Shown here: positions 8,203 to 18,008 of the stretch, piece after piece | Position numbering within the stretch: the stretch's first letter is position 1 | Layout of the letters: each line of letters starts with the position of its first letter | From: Okeania sp. | GTDB lineage: Bacteria; Cyanobacteriota; Cyanobacteriia; Cyanobacteriales; Microcoleaceae | Direction: 5' to 3' | Length of the DNA stretch: 32,000 nucleotides | Assembly: GCF_035285525.1 (NCBI RefSeq) | Contig: NZ_JAYKGW010000028.1 | Coordinates: 12,883 to 44,882, forward strand | The notes under the pieces: model-generated | Told to the model about the DNA's origin: nothing | What the model saw: the letters and a program-made list of their open reading frames with translations, nothing else | Databases searched by the model: none | Translations under genes and position numbers: made by a program

Positions 8203-8699
8203 AATTCTGATTTTTCTATTCTTTCTAATTCTTGTATGTAAAAATCTCCAACATCTTGATTCCCCATTTCGGGAACTACAATACTTTGATAATGTACTTT
8301 TCCTTTAACTGTAATTTCTGTTCCTATTTTTGGTAAATTTGTTTTAGTAAGTATCCAAATACTCCCGGTATTATCTTTAAGTTCATAAGCACCTGTTTCT
8401 ATAAACGGAGCAATACTTTCTACAGTACCTTTTAAATGTACTTGATTATCAATTTTACCTTTGCTTTTAATTTTCTCAATTCGACTGACATTAAGATTCA
8501 ATTTTATAGCAGTTTGTTCAATTTGACTGCAACTAATTACTCCCATCACCAAAAACATAATCAAAATAGTTCTAAATTTATCAAATGATGAATTTAATAA
8601 ACTAGAATTAAGCAACGAAAAGCTGAAGGAAAATTTATCTAATATTTTGATATAATTCATCTCAAAAGCTTTTTTCTTGGGCGGTCTAGTCATCATCAA
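8199..8699 (-). CDS. putative lipoprotein with OB-fold-like domain
   Basis: Lipobox-like signal (RTILIMFLVMGVISC). The C-terminal part (VHLKGTVESI...YELKDNTGSIWILTK...ITVKGKV) resembles periplasmic OB-fold (BOF/YgiW-like) proteins. The stop overlaps the downstream NUDIX start by 4 nt (ATGA). The true start is uncertain (8699, 8660 or 8558). Confidence 0.55.
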   Translation of the reverse strand: MMMTRPPKKKAFEMNYIKILDKFSFSFSLLNSSLLNSSFDKFRTILIMFLVMGVISCSQIEQTAIKLNLNVSRIEKIKSKGKIDNQVHLKGTVESIAPFIETGAYELKDNTGSIWILTKTNLPKIGTEITVKGKVHYQSIVVPEMGNQDVGDFYIQELERIEKSEL

Positions 8700-9068
8700 A
8701 ACTTTTTCCTTATTTACATCATAATTTTCTATTTCTTACTATAGGAATTAGCAATTATTACATCATATCAATATCAAGATTAAATTCCTGCATCTAATTT
8801 ATTTGTCAAAATACAAAATACTTCTTTTCTCCATACCTATTCCCAGTTAAATCTTCCCTATTTAATATAATTCATCTCGAAAGCTTTTTTCTTGGGCGGT
8901 CTAGTCATCATCAAAACTTTTTCCTTATTTACATCATAATTTTCTATTTCTTACTATAGGAATGAGCAATTATTACATCATATCAATATCAAGATTAAAC
9001 TCCTGCATCTAATTTATTTGTCAAAATACTTTTTTTCTCCATACCTATTCCCAGTTAAATCTTCCCTG
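8650..9068. repeat. tandem direct duplication, 2 x ~205-215 bp
   Basis: 8650-8864 and 8865-9068 align end to end. By eye they differ by about 5 substitutions (the last beside the indel) and one 7-bp indel. Each copy contains the ATGATGATG start region of the 8199..8699 gene. Confidence 0.9.
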
Positions 9069-9360
9069 TTCCCTAAAAGCGATCAATTTTTGGCTTTCTT
9101 CACCCATTGAGAACCACCCGACTAAACTCAACTTAAACCCTAAAAATTAAACATTATTTTTATTTACTTAAAACATCACAAAAACTACTTTTATATCTTG
9201 ATAATTATAATATTATTATTCTGTTGATAATATACAGCATATTACCAGCTTATAACTTACCAATACTAACATTCAAACCTCTCTAGTCCAGAAATTTTGC
9301 TTCCTAGTAATGTACCCGACTAAAAAATCCAATTTTAAAAAATCAAAACCGAAAATAACA

Positions 9361-10224
9361 ATGACAAATAAATTAGATGGTAAAGCACTGGCCAAAAAAA
9401 TCAAAGCAGAACTCCAACAAAAAATTCAATCTCTACAAAATCGAATAGGTCGCCCTCCTGGTTTAGCAGTATTAATGGTTGGAGATAACCCTGGGAGTGC
9501 AGTCTATGTCCGTAACAAAGAAAAAGCTTGCACCAAGGTAGGTATTACCTCCTTCGGAAAACATTTTCCAGAGCAAACATCTCAAGCTGAACTAACCCAA
9601 GTCATTCAACAATTAAACCAAAACCGACAAGTAGACGGTATTCTGGTACAACTACCCCTGCCAAAACATTTAGATTCTACCTCATTACTTTACCAAACTG
9701 ACCCTAGCAAAGATGTAGATGGACTCCATCCCATGAACCTTGGACAACTGATCCGTGGCGAAAAAGGTTTACGCAGTTGTACTCCCGCAGGAGTAATGCG
9801 CTTGCTACAAGAATACAACATTGAATTACAAGGAAAACAGGCCGTTGTATTGGGGCGAAGTATTTTAGTAGGCAAACCAATGGCATTAATGTTATTGGAG
9901 GCCAATAGTACCGTAACTATCGCTCATTCTCGGTCTCATAATTTGGCAGCCATAACTAAAAATGCAGATATACTCGTAACTGCGGTAGGTAGACCAGAAA
10001 TGATTAGTGCTGAGATGGTCAAACCAGGAGCAGTAGTAATAGATGTAGGAATTAACCGAGTTACAGATGAAGCGGGTAATAGTCGATTAGTAGGGGATGT
10101 TGAATTTGAATCTGTAGCAGAGATAGCAGAATATATCACCCCTGTACCTGGCGGAATAGGTCCGATGACTGTAGCAATGTTATTACAAAATACTGTAGAA
10201 CGTTGGAGCAGTTTGGTGGAATAA
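9361..10224 (+). CDS. folD: bifunctional methylenetetrahydrofolate dehydrogenase / methenyl-THF cyclohydrolase FolD
   Basis: FolD blocks throughout: [77 protein letters not shown]. Start placed at the internal ATG 9361 (MTNKLDGK); the track ORF begins at 9310. Confidence 0.95.
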   Translation: MTNKLDGKALAKKIKAELQQKIQSLQNRIGRPPGLAVLMVGDNPGSAVYVRNKEKACTKVGITSFGKHFPEQTSQAELTQVIQQLNQNRQVDGILVQLPLPKHLDSTSLLYQTDPSKDVDGLHPMNLGQLIRGEKGLRSCTPAGVMRLLQEYNIELQGKQAVVLGRSILVGKPMALMLLEANSTVTIAHSRSHNLAAITKNADILVTAVGRPEMISAEMVKPGAVVIDVGINRVTDEAGNSRLVGDVEFESVAEIAEYITPVPGGIGPMTVAMLLQNTVERWSSLVE

Positions 10225-10261
10225 TCTGATTTACACTAATTTTGATAAAAACAAAATCAAA

Positions 10262-10310
10262 CCTGGAGTAAAACTTTACTTTCAACGTTATTCTCCAGGC
10301 ATTATTTTTT
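10262..10310 (+). terminator. possible intrinsic terminator after folD
   Basis: CCTGGAG ... CTCCAGG stem followed by CATTATTTTTT. The loop is long (24 nt), so this is weak. Confidence 0.35.
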
Positions 10311-10509
10311 ACCTTTTCTTTGACTAATATCACCCCCAAAGAAACCGGGTTTCTAACTTTCCCCACTACCTACCCTAATAAAAAGACTACCTCCTACCCC
10401 CAAAGAAACTGATTTTCTAGCTTAGTCCCTACTCCCTACTACCTGCCCTAACAAAAAGACTTTTTTCAGCAAATCCTATTTAGGATTGAAACAATAAAGT
10501 GTATAATTT

Positions 10510-11460
10510 ATGGTGCTAATGCCAAATAATGGCCACCAACTTAATCCTATGGTCTCTCAATTACAAATAGATACAACTTTTGACCTATCTACCTATTTAA
10601 AAGAGCAAAAAGCTCTAGTGGAAAAAGCTCTTGACAATTCTATTACTATAATATATCCAGAAAAAATCTATGAGGCAATGCGCTACTCTCTCCTAGCAGG
10701 TGGTAAGCGCTTACGTCCAATTCTCTGTTTAGCTACCTGTGAATTAGTAGGTGGAAATATAGAAATGGCAATGCCTACTGCTTGTGCATTAGAAATGATC
10801 CACACCATGTCCTTGATCCATGATGATTTACCCGCAATGGATGATGATGACTATCGCCGAGGCAAATTAACTAATCATAAAGTCTATGGTGAAGATATTG
10901 CAATTTTGGCAGGAGATGGTTTACTAGCTTATGCTTTTGAATTTGTGGCTGCTCAAACTAAAAATGTATTACCACAAAAAGTCTTAGAAGTCATTGCTAA
11001 GTTAGGAAAAGCTGTTGGAGCAGCAGGTTTAGTGGGAGGCCAAGTAGTGGACTTAGATTCCGAAGGTCTTGCAGAAGTATCTGAAGAAACCCTAAGTTTT
11101 ATTCATACTCATAAAACAGGGGCTCTTTTAGAAGCTAGTGTGCTTTGCGGAGCTATACTGGCAAGTGCTTCTCAAGATAGTTTAGACAGACTTTCCTGCT
11201 ATGCTCAAAATATTGGTTTAGCTTTTCAAATAGTAGATGATATTCTAGATATTACTGCTACTACAGAAGAATTAGGGAAAACTGCTGGAAAGGATATCGC
11301 AGCTCAAAAAGCTACCTATCCGTCAATTTGGGGATTAGAAAAATCTCGCTCTCAAGCTCAAATATTGGTTCAGAATGCCAAGGCAGAATTAGAAGTTTTT
11401 GGAGAAAAGGCAATGCCACTAACATCCTTAGCAGATTATATAGTCAGCCGTACTAACTAG
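10510..11460 (+). CDS. crtE: geranylgeranyl diphosphate synthase (polyprenyl synthetase) CrtE
   Basis: Both Asp-rich motifs are present ([17 protein letters not shown] and QIVDDILD). Length and sequence are typical of cyanobacterial CrtE. The start codon is uncertain; alternative Mets at codons 4 and 14. Confidence 0.88.
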   Translation: MVLMPNNGHQLNPMVSQLQIDTTFDLSTYLKEQKALVEKALDNSITIIYPEKIYEAMRYSLLAGGKRLRPILCLATCELVGGNIEMAMPTACALEMIHTMSLIHDDLPAMDDDDYRRGKLTNHKVYGEDIAILAGDGLLAYAFEFVAAQTKNVLPQKVLEVIAKLGKAVGAAGLVGGQVVDLDSEGLAEVSEETLSFIHTHKTGALLEASVLCGAILASASQDSLDRLSCYAQNIGLAFQIVDDILDITATTEELGKTAGKDIAAQKATYPSIWGLEKSRSQAQILVQNAKAELEVFGEKAMPLTSLADYIVSRTN

Positions 11461-11471
11461 AGGGGGTTAAC

Positions 11472-11927
11472 ATGGAGAATATTGGTGAAATTATGAATAA
11501 CCATGTTCTATGGGTTGCTCTCCTAGCTTGTTTTATAGCTCAATTTTTGAAGATGGTTGTAGAGCTATTTCAATATCGCAAGATTAATCTCAAAGCTTTA
11601 TTCGCAAGTGGAGGGATGCCTAGTTCCCATTCAGCATTTGTAGTAGCATTGGCAGTAGGTGTAGGTCAAACAGAAGGTTGGGGTAGTCCAGAGTTTGCCC
11701 TGGCTTTAGTTTTTGCTATTATCGTGATGTATGATGCGGCCGGAGTCCGTCAAGCTGCAGGTTTACAAGCTAAAATTCTCAATCAAATAACGGATGAATT
11801 GTTTCAAGAAGACCATCATCTTAATCAAGAGCGTCTCAAAGAATTGTTGGGTCATACTCCTGTACAGGTTATAGCAGGTTTTTGTTTGGGAGTAATTGTA
11901 TCTTGGGTAGGGAGTTTTAGCTATTAA
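11472..11927 (+). CDS. divergent PAP2 / DUF212 family membrane protein
   Basis: GGMPSSHSAFV, VMYDAAGVR and LGHTPVQV motifs. Starts 11 nt after crtE on the same strand. Confidence 0.85.
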   Translation: MENIGEIMNNHVLWVALLACFIAQFLKMVVELFQYRKINLKALFASGGMPSSHSAFVVALAVGVGQTEGWGSPEFALALVFAIIVMYDAAGVRQAAGLQAKILNQITDELFQEDHHLNQERLKELLGHTPVQVIAGFCLGVIVSWVGSFSY

Positions 11928-12140
11928 ATAAAATCTTTTTCTGGTCAAACAACTATAAAGTTAAATTTTTTTTGCGTTACATTACTGCTTATGCAAAATT
12001 GATTGTATAAGTCTATTAGTAAGATTAATTACACATTATTAGTATTAGATATATCCAATCTAATCAAGAAATTATCAATTATTTCTCTATCTTTTCTATT
12101 CCTTCTCTCCAGTAGAAAATCAATTCTACACAACTACCTA

Positions 12141-12818
12141 TTAATTAGGTAATTGAATTTTAGGACTAATTAATGTTACTTTACTACTATCTACAATAAA
12201 AACTAAAAATCCGCGATCGCTTAAATTGAACATACTATTTGTAGCAGTTTTATGTTTCTTGGTATAGGTTACTAATAAGAAAGGTTTTTGCCCATAAGCA
12301 ACTAAACCAAGATTACGTCCCAAACTTCTTTCTAACTGTAAAGCTATTTCTGGTTGATTATTATAATCCACTAAAACAGCATAGCCACTTCCTAAAGGTT
12401 CAGGATTAAAACCTATTTCTGGAGGTGCAGCTAAACGGTTATTAGGAGGTTTAGTCTCCTGACTCGGTTTAACTACATAAGCAGGCAACCCGACAATATC
12501 TTGAACATATTTTGCCCAATCACTGGCTACATCTTTGTCATCAAAACCCCGAATACTACTAACAGTCAGACTAATGTAGCGACAGACATTTATTATAATA
12601 TCTGGTGGTAAGGTGCGACGAACTATATCTTGATTTTCAGGTGTCGTTGTAACTATTACTAATAAGTATTCACCACTACCAGGAGATTGACAATCATCTA
12701 TAGCAATAGCATATTTTTGCTCAAGTGTCAAGAATAACGAGCATAAAAAAATTGAGACTATTAATTTTTGTAGTCTCCCCAACCAAGGTTTGTTTTGTTG
12801 CAGTTGAGTATCAGTCAT
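12141..12818 (-). CDS. hypothetical exported or membrane-anchored protein
   Basis: 225-aa ORF with an N-terminal hydrophobic segment (LIVSIFLCSLFLTL) and two similar-looking beta-alpha modules. No family recognised. Confidence 0.6.
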   Translation of the reverse strand: MTDTQLQQNKPWLGRLQKLIVSIFLCSLFLTLEQKYAIAIDDCQSPGSGEYLLVIVTTTPENQDIVRRTLPPDIIINVCRYISLTVSSIRGFDDKDVASDWAKYVQDIVGLPAYVVKPSQETKPPNNRLAAPPEIGFNPEPLGSGYAVLVDYNNQPEIALQLERSLGRNLGLVAYGQKPFLLVTYTKKHKTATNSMFNLSDRGFLVFIVDSSKVTLISPKIQLPN

Positions 12819-12832
12819 TTCAGTTTAATTTA

Positions 12833-12850
12833 GGGAGTGGGGAGTGGGGA
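12833..12850. repeat. STRR heptamer array (GGGAGTR family)
   Basis: gggagtggggagtgggga, 15 nt upstream of the 12818 start codon. Confidence 0.75.
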
Positions 12851-13542
12851 ATAGTTAGGGTTTGAAAAAAGCAGAGTGTAAGGGGTGAGAAGTGCGAAGT
12901 GTGGGAAAGGTGAGGAGAGTGGGAAGAGAGAGAAAGTAGGATGGATAACTTTACCCTGATTTTTCTGTGCTTATCTATCCAAAATCTGTTCCTTTTTGAT
13001 TTTTCGCCGTGTATGAATAACTAAAAACCGTTTACTTTTTCACAACCTAAAAAGGCACTTACCTTTACCTATAAATGGGAGCGAGATTTAATCAGGAAGC
13101 CCTAGTTAGGAGAAATGAATGAATATTAATGATAGAGAAATGCGTTTCTGATCGGGAATTAGACAAAATTATTTATATATTGATATTGATATATATTGAA
13201 CTAGATTTTGGTTTTTGATTAGCTCTTTGAGTAATCCTTACCAACCGACAATTTATATTGTATATAACTAATTTTATCCAAATACCTTAAGTAAGATCAA
13301 AGCTCATAATTTACAAAACCTTTAGCTCTTTAGATTACAGAACTCCTCTAAAAAATCTTAACTGAACTGTCTTGAATTTTAGAACAGGTGTTGGAAAAGT
13401 TGGCGTCTTGATTTTTCTCCCATAGTCAAGCTAGAATAAATAATTTTTGTAGCTATTTGAACCTAAAACCAAGTGCTTTTTAGTTACTAAAGCTCATGGA
13501 TGTTAGTACACATAAATAGACAGATTCAATATTCTCACTTTT

Positions 13543-13580
13543 CCCTACTCCCTACTCCCTACTCCCTACTCCCTACTCCC
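13543..13580. repeat. STRR heptamer array (CCCTACT x 5.4)
   Basis: A perfect CCCTACT array that abuts the ycf54 stop codon (13581-13583). Confidence 0.95.
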
Positions 13581-13913
13581 TTAATTTGCTAGAGAAGCTA
13601 AAGGTTCAGGAATATTATCTGAAGGTGCTTGAAATTCTCCAGTAATTACAAACTCTAACCTTAACTTCAACCAAGTAATAAATTGAGGGTTAGTAGAAAT
13701 AATCGCTGCTGCTGGTTGAGGAGATTTTTCTTTAATGCTAGCTATTTCGGGAGCTTCTAAAAAAGCAGGTTGAGGAACTAACCAAAAATCAATTTCCTTT
13801 TCCTTCTCGTGATAATCTCTTGTCCGTTCCCTCAAAACTTCTTCTAGAGGTTCTTCCTCCAGTAAGAATTTTTGACTAGCTAAAATGTAATAGTAAGTTT
13901 GCATTTCCATCAA
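13581..13913 (-). CDS. ycf54: Ycf54 (DUF2488) family protein, Mg-protoporphyrin monomethyl ester cyclase accessory factor
   Basis: QTYYYILASQKFLLEEEPLEEVL ... IDFWLV.QPAFLEAPE ... FITWLKLRLEFVITGEF.APSD.IP.PLASL matches my recollection of Synechocystis Ycf54 (Slr1780). The likely start is the 4th Met (13904). Confidence 0.8.
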   Translation of the reverse strand: MMEMQTYYYILASQKFLLEEEPLEEVLRERTRDYHEKEKEIDFWLVPQPAFLEAPEIASIKEKSPQPAAAIISTNPQFITWLKLRLEFVITGEFQAPSDNIPEPLASLAN

Positions 13914-13932
13914 TAAAATTAGACCTTAATAA

Positions 13933-14655
13933 TTATAACTTGCCATGAATAGCAAATTTCATTTCCCGGACAGCTCGTTCCATACCTACGAGTACCGCCC
14001 TAGAAATAATTGTATGACCAATGTTAAGTTCTTCCATACCCTCCAGACAAGCAACTGGATAAACATTCCAGTAAGTGAGGCCATGTCCAGCATTAACCCG
14101 GAGTCCAGCAGTGATCGCCATTTTACATCCATCTGCCAAAACAGTCAATTCCTGATGGCGTTTGGCCTCATTCTCCGCTTCCGCATAAGTGCCTGTATGG
14201 AGTTCAATAAACTTAGCCTTAATTTCGACAGAAGCCTCTATCTGCGCTCTTTCAGCATCAATAAACATACTTACAGGAATATCTGCACCCTGTAACTGGG
14301 CTACAACTTCTTTCATTTTCGCCAGATTTCCTGCTACATCCAAACCACCTTCAGTAGTCACTTCTTCCCGACGTTCTGGTACAAGAGTAATGTAGTCCGG
14401 TTTAATATCCAGAGCGATCGCCACCATCTCCTCAGTAGGGGCCATTTCTAAATTCAAATGAGTTCTTACTGTTTGTCGGAGAATACGAACATCTCGTTCT
14501 TGAATATGACGTCGGTCTTCCCGGAGATGGACAGTAATACCATCAGCACCAGCTAGTTCAGCTAAAACTGCTGCTGCAACTGGGTCAGGTTCTACAGTTT
14601 GTCGCGCTTGTCGAATTGTGGCAACGTGGTCGATGTTGACACCAAGAGTGGGCAA
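13933..14655 (-). CDS. pdxJ: pyridoxine 5'-phosphate synthase PdxJ
   Basis: [42 protein letters not shown] and ELNIGH blocks. Confidence 0.95.
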   Translation of the reverse strand: MPTLGVNIDHVATIRQARQTVEPDPVAAAVLAELAGADGITVHLREDRRHIQERDVRILRQTVRTHLNLEMAPTEEMVAIALDIKPDYITLVPERREEVTTEGGLDVAGNLAKMKEVVAQLQGADIPVSMFIDAERAQIEASVEIKAKFIELHTGTYAEAENEAKRHQELTVLADGCKMAITAGLRVNAGHGLTYWNVYPVACLEGMEELNIGHTIISRAVLVGMERAVREMKFAIHGKL

Positions 14656-14699
14656 TTTTTTTTCTCCTGATTAATTATTAAGTAGTCAAAGCTGATATT

Positions 14700-14830
14700 A
14701 TATAGCAATCTTATAAATAGGTTGTAAAATTTTATAGTAGGGATTTCGTCTCCAAATCCCTTAGCGTTTGGGTTGGGAAACCAAACCCCTAAAGTTTTTC
14801 CTCACAAATCACTTTTTATGGCTGAGGTAA
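14700..14830. repeat. dispersed repeat with long hairpin (GTAGGG.TTTGGTCTCCAAATCCC ... GGGTTGGGAAACCAAACCCCTA)
   Basis: The same roughly 90-130 bp unit occurs at 15091-15175, 20660-20785 and 23897-23987, and inverted or partial at 29445-29507. Confidence 0.85.
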
Positions 14831-14836
14831 TTATTA

Positions 14837-15076
14837 ATTAGGGCTTGCTGAATAAATATCAAAGTTTTGATAGGGAAAGGTTTTAAGCTTTTCAGGTACT
14901 AATAAAGTATCAGCTTTTAGGTGATTTGAGTTGAAAAACCTAGGATTTTGGGCAAGATCAGGGCAGAAAATCAGGGTAAGATTCTTATGGCTACCTCTTC
15001 TATAATTCTTATTCCTCCTGGATTCTGGATTCTGACTCCTCCTTACTACTAAAAGACTTTTTCAGCAACCCCTAAT
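14837..15076. mobile_element. MITE-like element with ATTAGGGCTTGCTGAA TIR
   Basis: ATTAGGGCTTGCTGAA at 14837 and TTCAGCAACCCCTAAT at 15061-15076. Solo ends at 2502-2516, 10465-10479, 6205-6216 and 26148-26162. Flanked on both sides by copies of the hairpin repeat. Confidence 0.7.
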
Positions 15077-15090
15077 TATTAATTGTTAAT

Positions 15091-15175
15091 TTTGGTCTCC
15101 AAATCCCTTGGCGTTTGGGTTGGGAAACCAAACCCCTACAGTTTTTTCTCACAAATCACTTCTTATGGCTGAGTT
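15091..15175. repeat. dispersed hairpin repeat (GGTCTCCAAATCCC family)
   Basis: Near-identical to 14737-14830. Confidence 0.85.
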
Positions 15176-15194
15176 AATTATAGCAATTCCCATA

Positions 15195-15308
15195 CTTGTA
15201 AGGTACAGTTTTATATCCCCCCTTGCCCCCCTTTGAAAAGGGCGAAGTGAACAAAAAGTCCCCTTTTCAAAGGTGGATTTAGGGGGATTATCAATGTACC
15301 TTACAAGA
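15195..15308. mobile_element. MITE-like element with CTTGTAAGGTACA TIR
   Basis: CTTGTAAGGTACA ... TGTACCTTACAAG, enclosing a CCCCCTTTGAAAAGGG / CCCCTTTTCAAAGG palindromic core. Confidence 0.6.
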
Positions 15309-15352
15309 AAAGGCAAATCCTATATTAATTATTAATTATTAATTATTAATTA

Positions 15353-16063
15353 TTAATTATTGAGAAGCTCTTCTAACTTTTGCTTAACTGCCTGAATATC
15401 CTGCCACATTAACCATTTTGGTTTGCCTGGTTCCTTAGAAGGGTTGCGTAAAAGATATGCTGGATGAAAAATAGGCATACAAAGTCTTCCTTCCCATTCT
15501 ATCCATTGACCCCGAATTTTAGTAATACCTCGCTTATCACCAGTTAAAGCTTTAACTGCTGTTGCTCCAGTTAACAGAATAATTTTCGGGTTAACAAGAC
15601 GTATTTGCTCTAATAAATAAGGTTTACAAGCTTCTATTTCTTTTAGAGTAGGAGTTCGGTTTTCTGGTGGCCGACATCTAATTGCGTTAGAAATATAAAT
15701 GTGGCGATCGCTACTCAGTTCTACAGACTGTAAAATTTTATCAAGCAGTTGCCCAGACTTACCCACAAAAGGGAGACCTTGTTCATCTTCACTTTGACCA
15801 GGTGCTTCCCCAATAATCATAATTTCTGCTTCGGGGTTGCCTCTACCAATAACAGCATTAGTCCGGTTTTTTCCTAGTTCACATCTCTGACATTGGTTAC
15901 AATGAACTTTTATTTCCTCCATTGTTTGATATGTTCCAGATGGAATAGGAATTTTTGCATCTGTGGGAATGAGACTAAAATCGGAGGTAGAGTCAGGGGT
16001 AGATACTGAGGAGTCATTATTATTTGGCAAGTCAAAAAGACTAAGTTGTTTTTCGGTAGACAT
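15353..16063 (-). CDS. uracil-DNA glycosylase, family 4
   Basis: GEAPGQSEDEQGLPFVGKSGQLLD, a C-terminal HPAYLLRNP, and a Cys cluster CNQCQRCEL typical of Fe-S family-4 UDGs. Confidence 0.9.
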   Translation of the reverse strand: MSTEKQLSLFDLPNNNDSSVSTPDSTSDFSLIPTDAKIPIPSGTYQTMEEIKVHCNQCQRCELGKNRTNAVIGRGNPEAEIMIIGEAPGQSEDEQGLPFVGKSGQLLDKILQSVELSSDRHIYISNAIRCRPPENRTPTLKEIEACKPYLLEQIRLVNPKIILLTGATAVKALTGDKRGITKIRGQWIEWEGRLCMPIFHPAYLLRNPSKEPGKPKWLMWQDIQAVKQKLEELLNN

Positions 16064-16082
16064 AATTTCAGTTATTAGTTAA

Positions 16083-16164
16083 GGGAGTAGGGAGTAGAGA
16101 GTAGGGAGTAGGGACGTTTCGCTGCGCGACATGAAACGCATTTTTGCCGGTGCAACGTCCCTAC
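16083..16164. repeat. STRR array (GGGAGTA) fused to a GTAGGGACGTT hairpin element
   Basis: gggagtagggagtagagagtagggagtaGGGACGTTTCGC...TGCAACGTCCCTAC. The array begins 20 nt upstream of the UDG start. Confidence 0.85.
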
Positions 16165-16548
16165 AGAGTCAAGAAGTTTTAGGTAGAAAGTCTTAAGATT
16201 CAAGGCCATTAGATATCTCTAAAAAGGGAGTAGGGAGTAGTTAAGAGTATAGAAAATAAAATCAATTCTTATTCATAAATTATGAATGATTTCTTCTTAT
16301 TGCTCATTGCCCATTCCCTCCATACCTCTTTTCTGGAGAAGTTTATTAATTAGAATATAAATATAAAATAGATTGTAAGTTAGTTTGAGCCGAGCAAGTC
16401 TTATTTTTGACTTTTGACTTCCGTAAAACAGTATTAGTCTAGTACAACAGTCGAAGCAAAGGGTAAGGACATTTCTAAATCCTGAAACTCTTTCATATTC
16501 TTCTGTTCCCACTTAAGTGTTCCCTATCAGTAGTTCCAGGACAGAATT

Positions 16549-17217
16549 ATGTCATCTATCCATATCTTTAGCGATCGCGCTGATGCGGGGGAAAAATTGG
16601 CCGAAGTTGTTTTTACCGAATTTTGCCATCAACAGTTGACCAGAGATTGGCCACTTAAACCTATTGTTTATGCTCTACCAAGAGGGGGGTTGCCAGTAGC
16701 AGTACCAGTTGCTCGTCGATTAGGTTGTCCATTGAATGTGGTGGTAGCTAAGAAAATTACTTTACCGTCTAATCCAGAATTAGCTCTTGGTGCTGTGACG
16801 GTAGATGGTTGTTTAGTTTGGTCAAAGCAAAAACCACACAGTTTAGGAGTTCAATATTCTCTAATTGAAAAAGCACAGCAAAAAGCGTTCTCTCAGTTAG
16901 AAAAACTGAGTTCTGGAAAACCTAGAGTTAGTTGTTTAGATAGGTTAGTAATTTTGGTTGATGATGGTATAGCTACAGGAATGACGATGGTAGCTGCAGC
17001 AAAGTCTATTCAGTTACAGAAACCGAATGCTATTTGGATATGTGTACCACTTGCACCACAAGAGTTGCTTGCAGCGTTGAGAGAATGTTGCGATCGCTTA
17101 ATTGTGTTAGAGAGCCCGCACCCATTTTTGAGTGTAGGTAGATTTTATTATGAGTTTACTCAAGTAGAAACTGAGGTTGCTTTGACTTGTTTGCAGCAGC
17201 AAAGGGAATGGTTGTAA
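16549..17217 (+). CDS. phosphoribosyltransferase family protein
   Basis: PRPP-binding loop LVILVDDGIATGMTM and upstream ALPRGGLPVA; 222 aa. Confidence 0.8.
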   Translation: MSSIHIFSDRADAGEKLAEVVFTEFCHQQLTRDWPLKPIVYALPRGGLPVAVPVARRLGCPLNVVVAKKITLPSNPELALGAVTVDGCLVWSKQKPHSLGVQYSLIEKAQQKAFSQLEKLSSGKPRVSCLDRLVILVDDGIATGMTMVAAAKSIQLQKPNAIWICVPLAPQELLAALRECCDRLIVLESPHPFLSVGRFYYEFTQVETEVALTCLQQQREWL

Positions 17218-17346
17218 TCAGTTATCAGTTATAAGTTACGATCAAACTTACCCATGAATGTTATTGATAGTAGACTGACACAGCTAAAACTGTGCATTAG
17301 CTTTTTTAATATAGGACTAAGGCGATGAATCCTAGTGTTAGTAGAT

Positions 17347-17495
17347 GTTTCACTTTAAATGGTGCAATAGCTGTAGGTTGGGTTGAGGTACGTAGTGGAC
17401 CGTTTCACCTAAAATAGTACATGATTGTTTGTGATTGCGAACGAATGTGAAGCAATCTCCAGACACTTTTCTATTGTACAGTTTTAGATGAAGCA
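17347..17495. repeat. GTTTCAC(C/T)TAAA(T/A)... repeat cluster
   Basis: gtttcactttaaatggtgcaatagctgtaggtt (17347) matches 22869-22901. gtttcacctaaaatagtaca (17402) is inverted at 17476-17495. Confidence 0.6.
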
Positions 17496-17628
17496 ATGCA
17501 GTAGGGTGTGTTTTTGCGCTTGGCAAAGCTCCGCTTTATATAGCAGTGTATTTTGGCAAAGGAACTTTGTATACACTTTTATAACAAACATTTACCATGC
17601 TTAGTATAATAGAAGAAAAATTAACTAC

Positions 17629-17718
17629 AGGACTTACGCAAAGGTACTATCTATAGAGTTCAAAAACTATTGCGCAATAGTTTTAAACGCTATATATGTG
17701 GTCTGGTGGGTAAGTCCT
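17629..17718. mobile_element. MITE-like element, AGGACTTACGCA-TIR family, subtype I
   Basis: AGGACTTACGCAAAGGTACTATCTATAGAGTT ... GGTGGGTAAGTCCT. Confidence 0.75.
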
Positions 17719-17740
17719 CAACTAAAAAAATAGGTAGGTT

Positions 17741-18008
17741 ATGACACAAGTAATCCTTACACAAATTATAAATCAACTTGAGATGCTTGAGCGATAAGAA
17801 CTGCAAAAACTTAATCAAAAAATTCAACAATACCTAACTAAAAGAAATCGATTAGACCCGGAAGATGCTTTGTCATAAATCTTTAATAAATTCTGGGACT
17901 GTAAAGGAAATTAAAACTCCATCTTATCAACCAATAACTGAACGACAACTGGTTCAAATAGAGGAAAAACCTATTTCTGAAACAATTATTGAGGAACGTC
18001 GTTAAATG
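17741..18008 (+). pseudogene. vapB-like antitoxin remnant
   Basis: MTQVILTQIINQLEMLER is followed by an in-frame TAA. The C-terminal part (KSLINSGTVKEIKTPSYQPITERQLVQIEEKPISETIIEERR) is in another frame and ends in TAAATG, overlapping the vapC start. Confidence 0.65.

Noticed and set aside
9690-10366. Minus-strand ORFs 9690..9905, 9704..9886, 9936..10139 and 10136..10366.
   Set aside because: They are antisense to or overlapping folD and its terminator region, with no recognisable motifs. folD is unambiguous.
13945-14395. Plus-strand ORFs 13945..14295 and 14189..14395.
   Set aside because: They are antisense to pdxJ, which is unambiguous.
16272-16286. Perfect 7-1-7 palindrome TTCATAAATTATGAA in the divergent promoter region, considered as an operator.
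   Set aside because: Short AT-only palindromes are expected by chance in DNA this AT-rich. It matches no NtcA (GTA-N8-TAC) or LexA-type consensus.
16297-16512. 71-aa minus-strand ORF in the divergent UDG/PRT spacer.
   Set aside because: AT-rich, no motifs, no ribosome-binding signal, and it would overlap the likely PRT promoter.
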